Notes under the pieces: model-generated | Seen by the model: only the letters and a program-made list of their open reading frames with translations | Told to the model about the DNA's origin: nothing | Database searches by the model: none | NCBI GenBank assembly: GCA_965221695.1 | Contig: OZ244905.1 | Span: 3,168,001-3,232,000, forward strand | Reading direction: 5' to 3' | Length of the DNA stretch: 64,000 bases | Origin: Gammaproteobacteria bacterium | GTDB lineage: Bacteria > Pseudomonadota > Gammaproteobacteria > Eutrophobiales > Eutrophobiaceae | In this document: positions 54,630 through 64,000 of the stretch, one piece after another | Numbering within the stretch: position 1 is the first letter of the stretch | Layout of the letters: each line of letters begins with the position of its first letter | Program-made: the position numbers and the translations under genes

Positions 54630-57122
54630 ATGATTCGTATTGCAGTTACTTGTTCAGCCAGAGCGCTGAAACTTTCCTTGGTTGCATTTCTGCTCAGTCC
54701 TGTTGTGCCGGCGCTGGCGCAGAGCAGCATGCTGGAAGAAGTGATCGTTACCGCACAGAAGCGCGAAGAGTCAATCCAGGATATCGGTATCGCCATTACC
54801 GCGTTTTCCGGCGAACAACTGGATGCGCTGGGGCTGACTGATAGCACCGCCATTGCTGAGTTTACGCCAGGCATGCACATATCCGGCAATAATGCCGGTT
54901 ATACCCAGCAGGTTACCATCCGCGGCGCCACCCAGAACGATTTCAATGATCTCGCTGAGGCCCCTAATGCGGTGTATGTCGACGAAGCCTACCAGGCAGC
55001 CGGCCAGGCGCAGCTATTCTCCCAGTTCGACATGCAGCGCGTGGAAATACTGAAAGGCCCGCAGGGCACCTTGTTCGGTCGCAACGCTACCGGCGGCCTG
55101 GTGCATTACGTCACCAATAAACCGACAGATGAGTTTGAAGGTTATGGCGATATTCAATACGGCCGTTATGACACCATGCGTTTTGAAGGCGCGGTCAGCG
55201 GCCCGTTGGCGGAAGGCGTCAAGGCTCGTGTCTCCGGCTTCTATCGCAGCCATGATCCGATCATGAAGAACATCTTCCAGCCCAATGAAGTTGCCCAGGG
55301 CGGCTATACTCCATGGGTCGGTAATACCGACCTGAACGGTTCCATGGATGGCCAGGATGACCTTTGGTCTGAGGATTCCTATTCTATCCGAGGCCAGTTG
55401 CTGCTGGAGCCCAGCGATACCGTTGAAATTGAGCTTAAAGGCCAGTACGCCAAGCGGCAGACTTCATCCGGTCCTTACCAGAATGTCGCAACCATCAGTG
55501 TGGTGGATGATCAGGCCCGTGTGGTCAACACGCTGTTTTCCAATGCGCGGACCAATCCGAATTCCTGTGAGCAATTGATCGGATCACCGGACGGCACAGC
55601 GACAACCATGTGTGTTCCGGGTGGTTCGGCGCTGGATCTGGATTTTGATGACTTGAGACCGGCGCCGGATACCGACTTTTTTGGCTACAAGGATCCGGAT
55701 GGAACTGAAGGGCTAACCACTTCCACCGACCATGCCTTGGACGACCATGATACCTATGAGACCTGGAGTGTAACCGGCAAGTTCAGTATTGACTTTGACT
55801 TCGCCACCCTGGTGGCGGTACTCAATTATTCGGACCAATACAAGATAACTTCTCTGGATGTAGACGCCGGTCCTGGCCCGCAGTTCGATGTGACTGCGGA
55901 TTCAATCATTGACTGGTACACCCAGGAAATACGGCTGGAAGGCGAAGCGGATAAATATCGCTGGATTGTCGGCACCTATTACCTGACCATCGACGGCGAA
56001 TTCTCCCAAAATCTGTCCGATACCATTGGCGGAATCAATACATTTGCCAGCCTTTTCGGCGGTTTTGAAGGGAATGTTGAGGCTTTCGGCCAGTTCTGGG
56101 ACACCTCGTTCGATGCGTTCCTCGAGACCAAGTCGTTCTCTCTGTTTGGTCAGGTTGATTATGACCTCACCGAGCAGTTGATGTTCTCTCTGGGCGCGCG
56201 CGGCATTTGGGAGAAGAAGGATTACGAGTTCAACAGTAACTTCTTCATCAATACCCGGGACGCGACTGTCCAAGGCCTGAGAAGCGGCGATACGCCGCTG
56301 GGAGCGACACCGTTCCCCTATCACGAAGAAGAGACAGATGATTTTCTCTGGTCCGGCAGGGTCGGGCTGCAATACGCCCATAACGACGACCTGATGGTGT
56401 ATGGCACATTCAACCGCGGCGTCAAAGCGGGCAACTGTAATTCACCTTTGCTGACGTTCCTGACCCCGGAACAGTATTGCTACGATGAAGAAATATTGCT
56501 GGCTTATGAAGCAGGTTTCAAATCCACTCTGTTTAACGGCAAGGCCCGGGTAAACGGCGCCATTTACTATTATGACTATTCCGATTACCAGGTCTTTCAG
56601 TTCATTGGCACCTCCGGCGCGGTATTCAACGTGGACGCGGAATACTACGGCGGCGAGGTGGAAATATTCGCCAACCCCATCGACAATCTGGACCTGATAT
56701 TCGGCATTGCCTACATTGACCCGACAGTAAAAGACGTAAATGTTGCTCCGGATTTGCCGCGTGACGTCGAGCCATCATTCACTCCGGAGGTACAGTTCAG
56801 CGCCTTGGGCCGCTACACCTGGCCTTTGACCGGGGTAGGGGGCAACCTGGCCTTGCAGGTGGATGGCAATTATGCTTCGTCTGCCTTCCACAATATCAAC
56901 AATTTTGATACGCACTATATGAAAAGCTACTGGCGCGGCAACGCCAGTCTGTCCTGGTACAGCGCTGACGAACGTTGGGAGGTGACCGGGTTTGTCGATA
57001 ATTTTTCCGATACCCGCAACCAGAACATCGGTTTTGAACTGGCCGCCATCTGTGGTTGTGATGAGCAATCCTTCGGCTGGCCGCGCACTTACGGCGTAAA
57101 GCTGAGATATAATTATTTCTGA
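54630..57122 (+). CDS. TonB-dependent outer membrane receptor
   Basis: Signal peptide, EEVIVTAQKRE, RVEILKGPQGTLFGRN, C-terminal PRTYGVKLRYNYF. Confidence 0.93.
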   Translation: MIRIAVTCSARALKLSLVAFLLSPVVPALAQSSMLEEVIVTAQKREESIQDIGIAITAFSGEQLDALGLTDSTAIAEFTPGMHISGNNAGYTQQVTIRGATQNDFNDLAEAPNAVYVDEAYQAAGQAQLFSQFDMQRVEILKGPQGTLFGRNATGGLVHYVTNKPTDEFEGYGDIQYGRYDTMRFEGAVSGPLAEGVKARVSGFYRSHDPIMKNIFQPNEVAQGGYTPWVGNTDLNGSMDGQDDLWSEDSYSIRGQLLLEPSDTVEIELKGQYAKRQTSSGPYQNVATISVVDDQARVVNTLFSNARTNPNSCEQLIGSPDGTATTMCVPGGSALDLDFDDLRPAPDTDFFGYKDPDGTEGLTTSTDHALDDHDTYETWSVTGKFSIDFDFATLVAVLNYSDQYKITSLDVDAGPGPQFDVTADSIIDWYTQEIRLEGEADKYRWIVGTYYLTIDGEFSQNLSDTIGGINTFASLFGGFEGNVEAFGQFWDTSFDAFLETKSFSLFGQVDYDLTEQLMFSLGARGIWEKKDYEFNSNFFINTRDATVQGLRSGDTPLGATPFPYHEEETDDFLWSGRVGLQYAHNDDLMVYGTFNRGVKAGNCNSPLLTFLTPEQYCYDEEILLAYEAGFKSTLFNGKARVNGAIYYYDYSDYQVFQFIGTSGAVFNVDAEYYGGEVEIFANPIDNLDLIFGIAYIDPTVKDVNVAPDLPRDVEPSFTPEVQFSALGRYTWPLTGVGGNLALQVDGNYASSAFHNINNFDTHYMKSYWRGNASLSWYSADERWEVTGFVDNFSDTRNQNIGFELAAICGCDEQSFGWPRTYGVKLRYNYF

Positions 57123-57148
57123 GCGAGTCTCGCTACCAGAGATATTGT

Positions 57149-57177
57149 AAAAACCGGGGCAAAGCCCCGGTTTTTTT
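57149..57177. terminator. Bidirectional intrinsic terminator between the TonB receptor and metZ
   Basis: AAAAACCGGGGC-aaa-GCCCCGGTTTTTTT. Confidence 0.85.
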
Positions 57178-57309
57178 GTATTTATTCCTAAGTCATCAAT
57201 AAGAGACAACGATGAATCACAGATCGGTATACAGTAATGACGTCCTGATTTTGGACGAAGAAGAAAAAGCGTTGATAACGGAAAGATTGTTCTCAAGTAG
57301 CGGAACAGT

Positions 57310-58506
57310 TCATGCCAATGCTTTTGTTAATGCCTCTTGCAAGTCGTTCTTCAGGTCTGCTGTGTCCTCATGACCTATCGATAAGCGGATCAAGCCCGGT
57401 TCGATGCCCGACTCGCTTTTCTCCTTGTCCGTTAACCGGTTGTGAGTCGTGGTCGCGGGATGAGTGATCGTGCTTTTGCTGTCGCCCAGGTTGGCGGTAA
57501 TGGAGAACAGTTCGGTGTTGTCGATGAGCCGCCAGGCCATTTCTTTTCCTCCCTCGACGACAAAGCTGACGATTCCGCCGAAGCCCTGTTGCTGGCGCTG
57601 CGCCAGTTCGTGCTGCGGGTGATCAGCCAGGCCCGGATAGTAGACCTTTTGGATTCCCGGGCGACCCGTTAACCACTCGGCAACCTGCGCAGCGTTGCGG
57701 CTGTGGGCCTGCATGCGTAGTCCCAAGGTTTCCAGTCCTTTCAGGAACACCCAGGCATTGAACGGACTCATGCTCGGACCGCCGTACTTGAGGATATGGT
57801 ACACATCCTCTCCCAGCAGATCTTCGTTACCCAGCACTGCGCCGCCGACGCAGCGTCCCTGACCGTCCAGGTACTTGGTGGCGGAATGAATGACGATATC
57901 AGCGCCAAGCTCGAACGGCCGCTGCAATGCCGGTGTGCAGAAGCAGTTGTCCACCACCAGCAGGCAGCCGTGGCGCCGGGCGATGCCGGCCAGGCGCTGA
58001 ATATCCGCTATTTCAGTCAAGGGATTGGAGGGTGTCTCGAGATACAACAAGCGCGTGCTGGCGGTAATCGCCTGCTCCCAGGCGGCGTAATCGCTGAGAG
58101 ACACATAGCTGGTTGCGATACCGAACTTGCTCAATACCTTGTTGAACAGGTTCACCGTAGTGCCGAACACACTCAGTGAGGATACGATATGGTCGCCGGC
58201 CTTCAGCAAGCCCAGGCTGGTAGTCAGTATGGCGCCCATGCCGGATGACGTCGCAATGCACCGTTCCGCGCCCTCCAGGGCCGCCAGCCGTTCTTCGAAG
58301 ATGCGCACCGTGGAATTGGTGAACCTGGAGTAGATATTGCCCGGTTCTTCCTCGGCGAACCTGGCCGCGGCCTGGGCTGCGTCCTTAAAGACGTAGCTGG
58401 ATGTCAGGAACAACGGTTCGCTGTGTTCGCCTTCTGCGGTTGGTTGCCGTCCTGCGCGCACCGCCAGGGTGTTTACACCATATCGATGAGGATCGATTTT
58501 AGCCAT
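57310..58506 (-). CDS. metZ: O-succinylhomoserine sulfhydrylase
   Basis: EHSEPLFLTSSY, IYSRFTN, ETPSNP, VDNCFCTP, HSATKYLDGQGR, TANLGDSKSTITHPATTTH; RBS AAGGAGA before ATG 58506; SAM riboswitch upstream. Confidence 0.93.
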   Translation of the reverse strand: MAKIDPHRYGVNTLAVRAGRQPTAEGEHSEPLFLTSSYVFKDAAQAAARFAEEEPGNIYSRFTNSTVRIFEERLAALEGAERCIATSSGMGAILTTSLGLLKAGDHIVSSLSVFGTTVNLFNKVLSKFGIATSYVSLSDYAAWEQAITASTRLLYLETPSNPLTEIADIQRLAGIARRHGCLLVVDNCFCTPALQRPFELGADIVIHSATKYLDGQGRCVGGAVLGNEDLLGEDVYHILKYGGPSMSPFNAWVFLKGLETLGLRMQAHSRNAAQVAEWLTGRPGIQKVYYPGLADHPQHELAQRQQQGFGGIVSFVVEGGKEMAWRLIDNTELFSITANLGDSKSTITHPATTTHNRLTDKEKSESGIEPGLIRLSIGHEDTADLKNDLQEALTKALA

Positions 58507-58644
58507 GTTATCTCCTTGACCCCTATCTGTTTCCGGCACAAACCACCGGAACAGAACGGGCCAGACAGTTCAATCAGCAATGCCTGAAAAGAGTCCACCT
58601 GTAGAGAGTACATGGCTGAGTACGGGATTCACTGCCGGGGGCAC

Positions 58645-58682
58645 AAAAAAACCCGCATTCAGCTTGATTGCTAAAGCAGGTT
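58645..58682 (-). terminator. Riboswitch-associated intrinsic terminator in the metZ leader
   Basis: Minus strand AACCTGC-TTTAGC-aatcaa-GCTGAA-T-GCGGGTT-TTTTT. Confidence 0.7.
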
Positions 58683-58685
58683 GGT

Positions 58686-58738
58686 TCTCTTTAGCCGTAT
58701 TTATAATGCGCCCGCAAGCTGAATCTCAAATCGGCGCA
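58686..58738 (-). ncRNA. SAM-II riboswitch aptamer
   Basis: Minus strand TGCGCCGATTTGAGATTCAGCTTGCGGGCGCATTATAAATACGGCTAAAGAGA matches the SAM-II pattern (GCGC.GATTT...GCGC..A-rich loop..GCTAAA) and lies upstream of a Met biosynthesis gene. Confidence 0.85.
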
Positions 58739-58747
58739 CAACTCGTA

Positions 58748-58906
58748 TTAAGGAAACTCTGATTAAGTCAGAGTTTCCTGCGATACAGGGAAGTATCGCC
58801 ACAATCAATGACGATAAGTCATTGATTGTGTGAGCACGACAAAAATCGCATTTTTGTTGTGCGTGCTCTGACAAGTCCGGGATGGACTTGTTCAGAGCTT
58901 CCTTAA
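58748..58906. mobile_element. Full-length family A miniature inverted-repeat element
   Basis: TTAA-GGAAACTCTGA ... TCAGAGCTTCC-TTAA; five internal hairpins; inverse copy of 18321-18478. Confidence 0.85.
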
Positions 58907-58934
58907 CTATAATTCAATTACTGGTTAGTGTCAA
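58906..58934 (-). promoter_or_regulatory. Sigma70-type promoter for the riboswitch-metZ transcript
   Basis: Minus strand TTGACA (58934-58929)-17 nt-TATAGT (58911-58906). Confidence 0.75.
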
Positions 58935-59110
58935 ATTTTCTGTGTAAACCGGAAGTCTGGGCAAAAGGAGTCATCTTTCGGGAAATACAATATGAAGTGT
59001 CCCTTCGGGACCGGTATCTGACTGGACTCCCATTTTCATGGGAGTGGTACGGGGGAATGTCCTGACCTGTACCAATAATATTATGCTTGTGTTGCCATGA
59101 TTATGCGGGT

Positions 59111-59270
59111 TTAACCGGAAGCATCTCGATTGGTAATGAGATAATCGCGATATTGCTCCCGCAAGTGCAATTTGCTGACTTTTCCAGTTGCCGTATGGGG
59201 CAGTTGTGCAACGAAAACAACGGCGTCAGGCTTCCACCAGCTTGCCGTCGAACCAGGCCCGCAGCTCCTC
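59111..59270 (-). pseudogene. C-terminal fragment of an acyl-CoA ligase (AlkK/DmdB-like), frameshifted
   Basis: EELRAWFDGK / WWKPDAVVFVAQLPHTATGKVSKLHLREQYRDYL...*; abuts a family B right end. Confidence 0.7.
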
Positions 59271-59307
59271 AGCGATCATCACATCAATCGGTGAGATATT
59301 CGGGCTA
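59266..59307. repeat. Right end of a family B element
   Basis: tcctcagcgatcatcacatcaatcggtgagatattcgggcta, nearly identical to 27581-27622. Confidence 0.8.
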
Positions 59308-59355
59308 ACCCGTGTGGAAGCTTTCGAAGGTAAAATAATCCTGTTCATAGGCATT

Positions 59356-60507
59356 TTACAAGTCCGTCAACAGGCGCTTGGCTGATACTGCTCGTATTTT
59401 CTCGTTCAGTGGGTATGATTCCTCGCCTGCATGTATCACGATCAACTCCGTGAGTTCGAGGTCTTTTACAGCATGGCGCATTGAAGCAGTGACTGCCGGC
59501 GCCGAGGATAGCTTAATCTCGATGCCCAGTCTCTCCTTTGCTGATGGAATGAACAGGTCGAGCTCAGCGCCAGTGTGGGTTCGCCAATAATAAAATTCCC
59601 GGCCGACTCCACTCAGATGTTCCATAACCAACTCCAACAACAGCCCCTCCCAGGTACTGCCTCTTGCAGGATGTGTATCCAGGGTATCGGTATCACTGAT
59701 ACCGAGCAGGGAATGTACTAATCCTGAATCCCTGATATAAATTTTTGGCGCCTTGACCTGGCGCTTTTTCAGGTTTGCAAACCACGGGACCAGTTGCTTG
59801 ACGACCAGCGCGTCAGTAAGAATGTCAAGGTAACGGCGTACCGTCGTATCGGCGACGCCGAAAGAACGCGCAAATTCTGATGAATTCCAGACCTGGCCAT
59901 GTCGGTGAGCCAGCATCGCCCAGAAACGTCGCAGGGTTGTTCCCGATGTTTGCACACCCAGTTGGGCCAGGTCGCGTTCAATGAAAGTCCGGGTAAAGCT
60001 CTCCAACCATTCAAAGCAGTCACGGTTCGACCTGGACAGGTAGGCGCTCGGAAAACCGCCTCGGAGCCAGCGTCGATCAAGCCGGTTATTTCCCACTTCA
60101 TTCAGTCCCAGACCGCCCAGCTCGTAGTAGTTGATGCGACCGGCAAGGGACTCGGAGGACTGTCTCAACAGGTTCGGCGAGGCGCTGCCCAGAACCAGGA
60201 AACGCGCCGGTCTGGGCCTGCGGTCTGATAGCGCTCTAAGTAATGGAAACAGGTCGGGCTGGCGCTGTATTTCATCGATGATCACCAACCCCTTCAGGTT
60301 TTGCAGCGCGAGTTTTGGATCTCCTCCAAACCGGGAGAGAACTGCGGGGTCTTCCAGGTCAAAGTGGTGTGATTGTCGATTGTAGCGTTCGGCCACCTGC
60401 TTTGCCAGGGTAGTCTTACCGACCTGCCGCGGCCCCAGGATAGCGACGACCTCGAAGTTACGAAGACGCCTGATAATTTCATTGCTATGCCTGGACCGAA
60501 CAATCAT
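59356..60507 (-). CDS. AAA_14 ATPase with C-terminal DUF4143 domain
   Basis: ILGPRQVGKTT, IIDEIQ, LVLGSAS, ESLAGR, GGFP, KIYIRDSG, YYWRT..GAELDL, IEIK. Confidence 0.9.
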   Translation of the reverse strand: MIVRSRHSNEIIRRLRNFEVVAILGPRQVGKTTLAKQVAERYNRQSHHFDLEDPAVLSRFGGDPKLALQNLKGLVIIDEIQRQPDLFPLLRALSDRRPRPARFLVLGSASPNLLRQSSESLAGRINYYELGGLGLNEVGNNRLDRRWLRGGFPSAYLSRSNRDCFEWLESFTRTFIERDLAQLGVQTSGTTLRRFWAMLAHRHGQVWNSSEFARSFGVADTTVRRYLDILTDALVVKQLVPWFANLKKRQVKAPKIYIRDSGLVHSLLGISDTDTLDTHPARGSTWEGLLLELVMEHLSGVGREFYYWRTHTGAELDLFIPSAKERLGIEIKLSSAPAVTASMRHAVKDLELTELIVIHAGEESYPLNEKIRAVSAKRLLTDL

Positions 60508-60750
60508 ATTCTCAAGATTACCATGAAAATTCGGTAATGACCACAGATATTTCAGTGTTGCTGTAATCCGATACTATGAATTTTTTTTAGCGGCAGGGCG
60601 GTAATAACATCAGGTCGAGTGCGGCGGCTCGGAGAGATTCTTGGCTACAGCAGACGGCAGGTCCGTTCGTTCGATATATTGTTGCATATCGTTCTTTAAA
60701 AATAAGATATACAACAATAATTTCTTGGCATTCATATTCTGTCAGTAATC

Positions 60751-60792
60751 GCAGGCGTTCCGCCTGCCTGCGGGTGGGACGCCCACGCCCCC
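60751..60792. repeat. REP-like short palindromes
   Basis: GCAGGCG-ttc-CGCCTGC followed by GCGGGTGGGACGCCCACGC. Confidence 0.45.
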
Positions 60793-60930
60793 AGGGGTTC
60801 AGTCTGCAGGTCGTAGGCGTCAGGGGGAAGGAGGCAACATCAACACCGCATCCGTTCCTGCGTTTGAAGGCCGTCGCTACTGGCGACTTTCAATGAACGC
60901 GGCGTGATAGATGCAATTTAATATGACGGC

Positions 60931-63414
60931 TCAGAACTGTTTGCGCAGGGTTACGCCGTAGGTGCGGGTCTCGCGCAGGTAGCTAGCCAGTTTGCCGGTT
61001 TGCAACGGCACGTCGAACACGGCGGCGTGCCTATCCTTATCCAGCAAGTTGCGCGCCCAGAAGGAGATATCCAGGTCAAAGGCATCCAGCGTCAGGCCGG
61101 CGCGGACATTGAGCAGACCGAAGCCATCCTGTAGCTTGATCGGGTCGGCATTGCCGTCTGTCACGGTATTACTGCGGTGGCTGTAGTCCGCATGGACATA
61201 GCCAGTCAGGCTGTCGTTGAATGAGTGCGACAGGGTCGCGGACAGCAGCACGGTATGCTTCGGGTCACCGGCCAGGCGGTCACCGCTGCGATCGCAAAAA
61301 TTGTCCCCGGGGTTACGCTGGCCCGGGTCCGGCGTGCCGGTCAGGAACGGCGTGGCCACCCAGCAGTTAGCCATCTCGAATTCGTCGTACTCGGCATCGT
61401 TATAGATATAGGCCCCACTCAAACTCAGGCCATCGAGCGGTGTCCAGTACACCTCCAGTTCCCCGCCCTTGGCCTCCAGTTTGCCTGCGTTGCGCAGGTT
61501 AAAGCCGGTACCGGTGAAGGAATTGCTCTGGAAATCGTCAATGGTTGTGTAATGCAGCGCCAGGTTCACGCGCAGGTTGTGCTCGGGGACTACCAGCTTC
61601 ATGCCGAGCTCGACTGCGTCTGACTTCTCGGCGCCGAACACCTGGTTGAACCCCACGGGGATGCGGTCGGTATTGGCGCCGCCGGATTTGAAACCGGTGG
61701 CATAACCGGCGTATAGCAGCAGGTCATTGTTCGGGGTCCAGATCATCCTGGCGTTCCAGGTAATCTGGTCGTCCTTGAGGGTTTCATCCACATCGGGACG
61801 CGGCGATATAGCTGGCGTCAGGTAAAACCCCCAACCCGGGCGCGCGAGTTGCGCCAGCAATACCGGGTTCAGCGGCGCCAGGCCCTGGCTCGCCAGGAAC
61901 AGGTTCGTGCCTATGGCCGTGAAATCCGGCGGTGGACCAAAGGTGTCCTGATAAAAAGACCCGTTCAGTCGTTTTTTTTCATCGGAGTAACGCAGTCCGG
62001 CAGATACGCTCCACTGTTCATGCAACTGCACATCGAACTGGCCAAACAACGCCCAGGCCTCGTGGTCCTGCAGCATGACATTCAGCGCCCTGCCGCCGGG
62101 CAGCACGGCCGGGCCTGGCGGCGGGATGCGCCCGCCGGTCAACGCGGAGATCAGGCTGACCCCATTAATTAACGCGCGGAGGTCCGGGTCTCCGTTTGTG
62201 ACGAATGCCTCGAAAGCCGATCCCGGTGTAGTGGTTGTCCAGTTGTTGAGGTTCTGGTTGAAATAATACGTCCCGACCAGGTAGTCAATCCGGCCCCGGC
62301 TCCCCGACAGGCGTAACTCCTGTGAAAACATCTCCGACTCTCCGCGGTTGTAGCGCGTGATAATGTCTGCCGCATTGAAATCCACATCCGAATCGTCCGT
62401 CGTGTTGAACGTGCGATAGGCGCTGATCGCAGTAAGCGTGTCCGTGGCGCTGAGATTCCAGTTAAGCTCCGCCGACACGCCGCTGTCATCGTTCCGGGAG
62501 GCCGGCAACTGGTTCATGTGCACCACATAGTCGGTGAATTGATCTTCGCTTAGCAGTGGCACGCCCAGATTCGCCAGTAGGGCATCGGAACCCGGTCGGC
62601 CGTCAAACGAGAAATAATTGTTACGGAACGTGGCCGCAGCGCAGCATATTTCGTCGATCTCAGCATAGTCCAGGATCACGCGCAGGGACAAGTCTTCAGT
62701 AGGCGTGTACAGCAATTGCGCCCGCCCCCCGTAACGATCCCGGTCATTGAGCAGGTTACCGCCCTCACCCAGCGCGTCGACAAACCCGTCTCGGCTGGTC
62801 AGAAATGCCGTCATCCGCATCGCCAGTACATCCTCCACCAGGGTTCCTCCGAACGCGCCGTTGGCGCTGAACAGGTCCAGGTTACCATAGCTCAGTTCCA
62901 GGTAGCCGTCTGTCTCATGGGATGGCGCCACCGTGTTCAGCAGTACTGCGCCCGCGGATGAGTTGCGCCCGAACAGAGTTCCTTGGGGGCCGCGCAACAC
63001 CTCTACCCGCTCGACATCCGCCAGTTCGTTGATCAGCGAACTCTGGCGCGGCCGGTAAACGCCATCTACGTAGAGGCCGACCGAGGGCTCGAGGCCGAAG
63101 TTCTGGGAACTGGTGCCAATACCGCGTATGTTGAAGTTTGCGGTGGTGGCGCTCTGGCTCTGTCCGACACGAAGCGCCGGCGCGCTGTGCTGAAGGTCGT
63201 ATATGTCGGTGATTCCGTATTCGACCAGTTGCTCGCCGGACAGTGCAGTGACCGCGACCGGGATGTCCTGGATATTCTGCTCTCGCTTTTGCGCGGTAAC
63301 GATGATCTCTTCAAGGAGTTCCTCGATCTGCGCAAACGTCGCAAGCGGTAAAAATAATGAGAAAACGGCAATACATGCCGGCAGCCACGCTTGAATACTG
63401 GTTCTGAATAACAT
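60931..63414 (-). CDS. TonB-dependent outer membrane receptor
   Basis: Signal peptide, EEIIVTAQKRE, ERVEVLRGPQGTLFGRN, C-terminal RTYGVTLRKQF. Confidence 0.93.
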   Translation of the reverse strand: MLFRTSIQAWLPACIAVFSLFLPLATFAQIEELLEEIIVTAQKREQNIQDIPVAVTALSGEQLVEYGITDIYDLQHSAPALRVGQSQSATTANFNIRGIGTSSQNFGLEPSVGLYVDGVYRPRQSSLINELADVERVEVLRGPQGTLFGRNSSAGAVLLNTVAPSHETDGYLELSYGNLDLFSANGAFGGTLVEDVLAMRMTAFLTSRDGFVDALGEGGNLLNDRDRYGGRAQLLYTPTEDLSLRVILDYAEIDEICCAAATFRNNYFSFDGRPGSDALLANLGVPLLSEDQFTDYVVHMNQLPASRNDDSGVSAELNWNLSATDTLTAISAYRTFNTTDDSDVDFNAADIITRYNRGESEMFSQELRLSGSRGRIDYLVGTYYFNQNLNNWTTTTPGSAFEAFVTNGDPDLRALINGVSLISALTGGRIPPPGPAVLPGGRALNVMLQDHEAWALFGQFDVQLHEQWSVSAGLRYSDEKKRLNGSFYQDTFGPPPDFTAIGTNLFLASQGLAPLNPVLLAQLARPGWGFYLTPAISPRPDVDETLKDDQITWNARMIWTPNNDLLLYAGYATGFKSGGANTDRIPVGFNQVFGAEKSDAVELGMKLVVPEHNLRVNLALHYTTIDDFQSNSFTGTGFNLRNAGKLEAKGGELEVYWTPLDGLSLSGAYIYNDAEYDEFEMANCWVATPFLTGTPDPGQRNPGDNFCDRSGDRLAGDPKHTVLLSATLSHSFNDSLTGYVHADYSHRSNTVTDGNADPIKLQDGFGLLNVRAGLTLDAFDLDISFWARNLLDKDRHAAVFDVPLQTGKLASYLRETRTYGVTLRKQF

Positions 63415-63823
63415 GATACCCCCTGATATAATTTCAATGCCTCAAAATAACGCTTGCAATCAGTTGAAATTGTATCCTAATATTAAGATACTACCAAAAA
63501 ACCGAATTCATGGGGGGAGGGGAGACAACCCAGCGATGCTCGCTAAGATCGGTCAGACGGATTGGATCAAAGTTAAGCGGCCTTTGACAGGCACATATTT
63601 TACTGGGGCCTCAAGGGATAAATATCTGACCTTTATATTTTGCGGGAATTGCTGGAAATAACTAACCTCAATAACAACCTGTATCGGGAAATCTGTCGTG
63701 TAATTTACGGAGACCGGATATGGCTCTCCCCTGCGGCATGGGTCACATGCCACCACAATGCAGAGACCTGATCATGAAGTTTCGGTAGATTACATTCAGT
63801 TTCACACTCAGTGGGAACATAAA

Positions 63824-64000
63824 ATGCAGCAGCAGACAAACGACTCTAAAGATAGTACTGTCCGGCCCGAATGGTTTGGCTACGCGCAGTTGGGCCTGAT
63901 ACTCCTTGTGATTGCAATTGCCTTGTACTTTGCCCGGGCGCCGGGTCGTGTCCAGCTTGACATGGCGCCTGCCCAGGTTGTGGGCGAAACCAAACCGGCC
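63824..64000 (+). CDS. N-terminal part of a membrane-anchored protein (possibly an RND periplasmic adaptor), runs off the window
   Basis: MQQQTND...GYAQLGLILLVIAIALYFARAP...; frame open to the window end; function is a guess. Confidence 0.5.
   Translation, partial: MQQQTNDSKDSTVRPEWFGYAQLGLILLVIAIALYFARAPGRVQLDMAPAQVVGETKPA

Noticed and set aside
60590-60687. Short minus-strand frame MQQYIERTDLPSAVAKNLSE resembling an AAA_14 ATPase N-terminus
   Set aside because: Too short and lacks the Walker A motif; cannot be supported without a search.

Overview
Chromosomal window from a GC-rich Gram-negative bacterium, most likely a methylotrophic gammaproteobacterium (inferred from gene content and order). 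From left to right it holds: an LPS core operon (hldE-hldD-waaA); a TonB receptor; a lanthanide-type methanol dehydrogenase locus in which a blue-copper cupredoxin gene sits where the cytochrome c gene xoxG normally lies (xoxF-cupredoxin-xoxJ); and a large H4MPT/methanofuran C1 cluster. That cluster carries BOTH a catalytically intact-looking Mo/W formylmethanofuran dehydrogenase set (fwdD-B-A-ftr-C), followed by a 7Fe ferredoxin and a ferredoxin-NADP reductase, AND the usual degenerate fhcBADC set, plus mptG, mch, fae, pabB and orf7/9/17/21-like genes. Further on are tRNA-Ser(GGA); nrdAB with NrdR and DnaA boxes; a 7-gene hydantoinase + B12 acyl-CoA mutase operon with a remodelled mutase active site, convergent with padBCD-like molybdoenzyme genes; RidA; two more TonB receptors; metZ under a SAM-II riboswitch with a terminator platform; and an AAA/DUF4143 ATPase. 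Intergenic regions are densely populated by at least two families of miniature inverted-repeat elements. One is a ~158-bp five-hairpin element showing compensatory base changes between copies. Several gene remnants are also present. All family assignments come from motif recognition by eye; no database searches were run.
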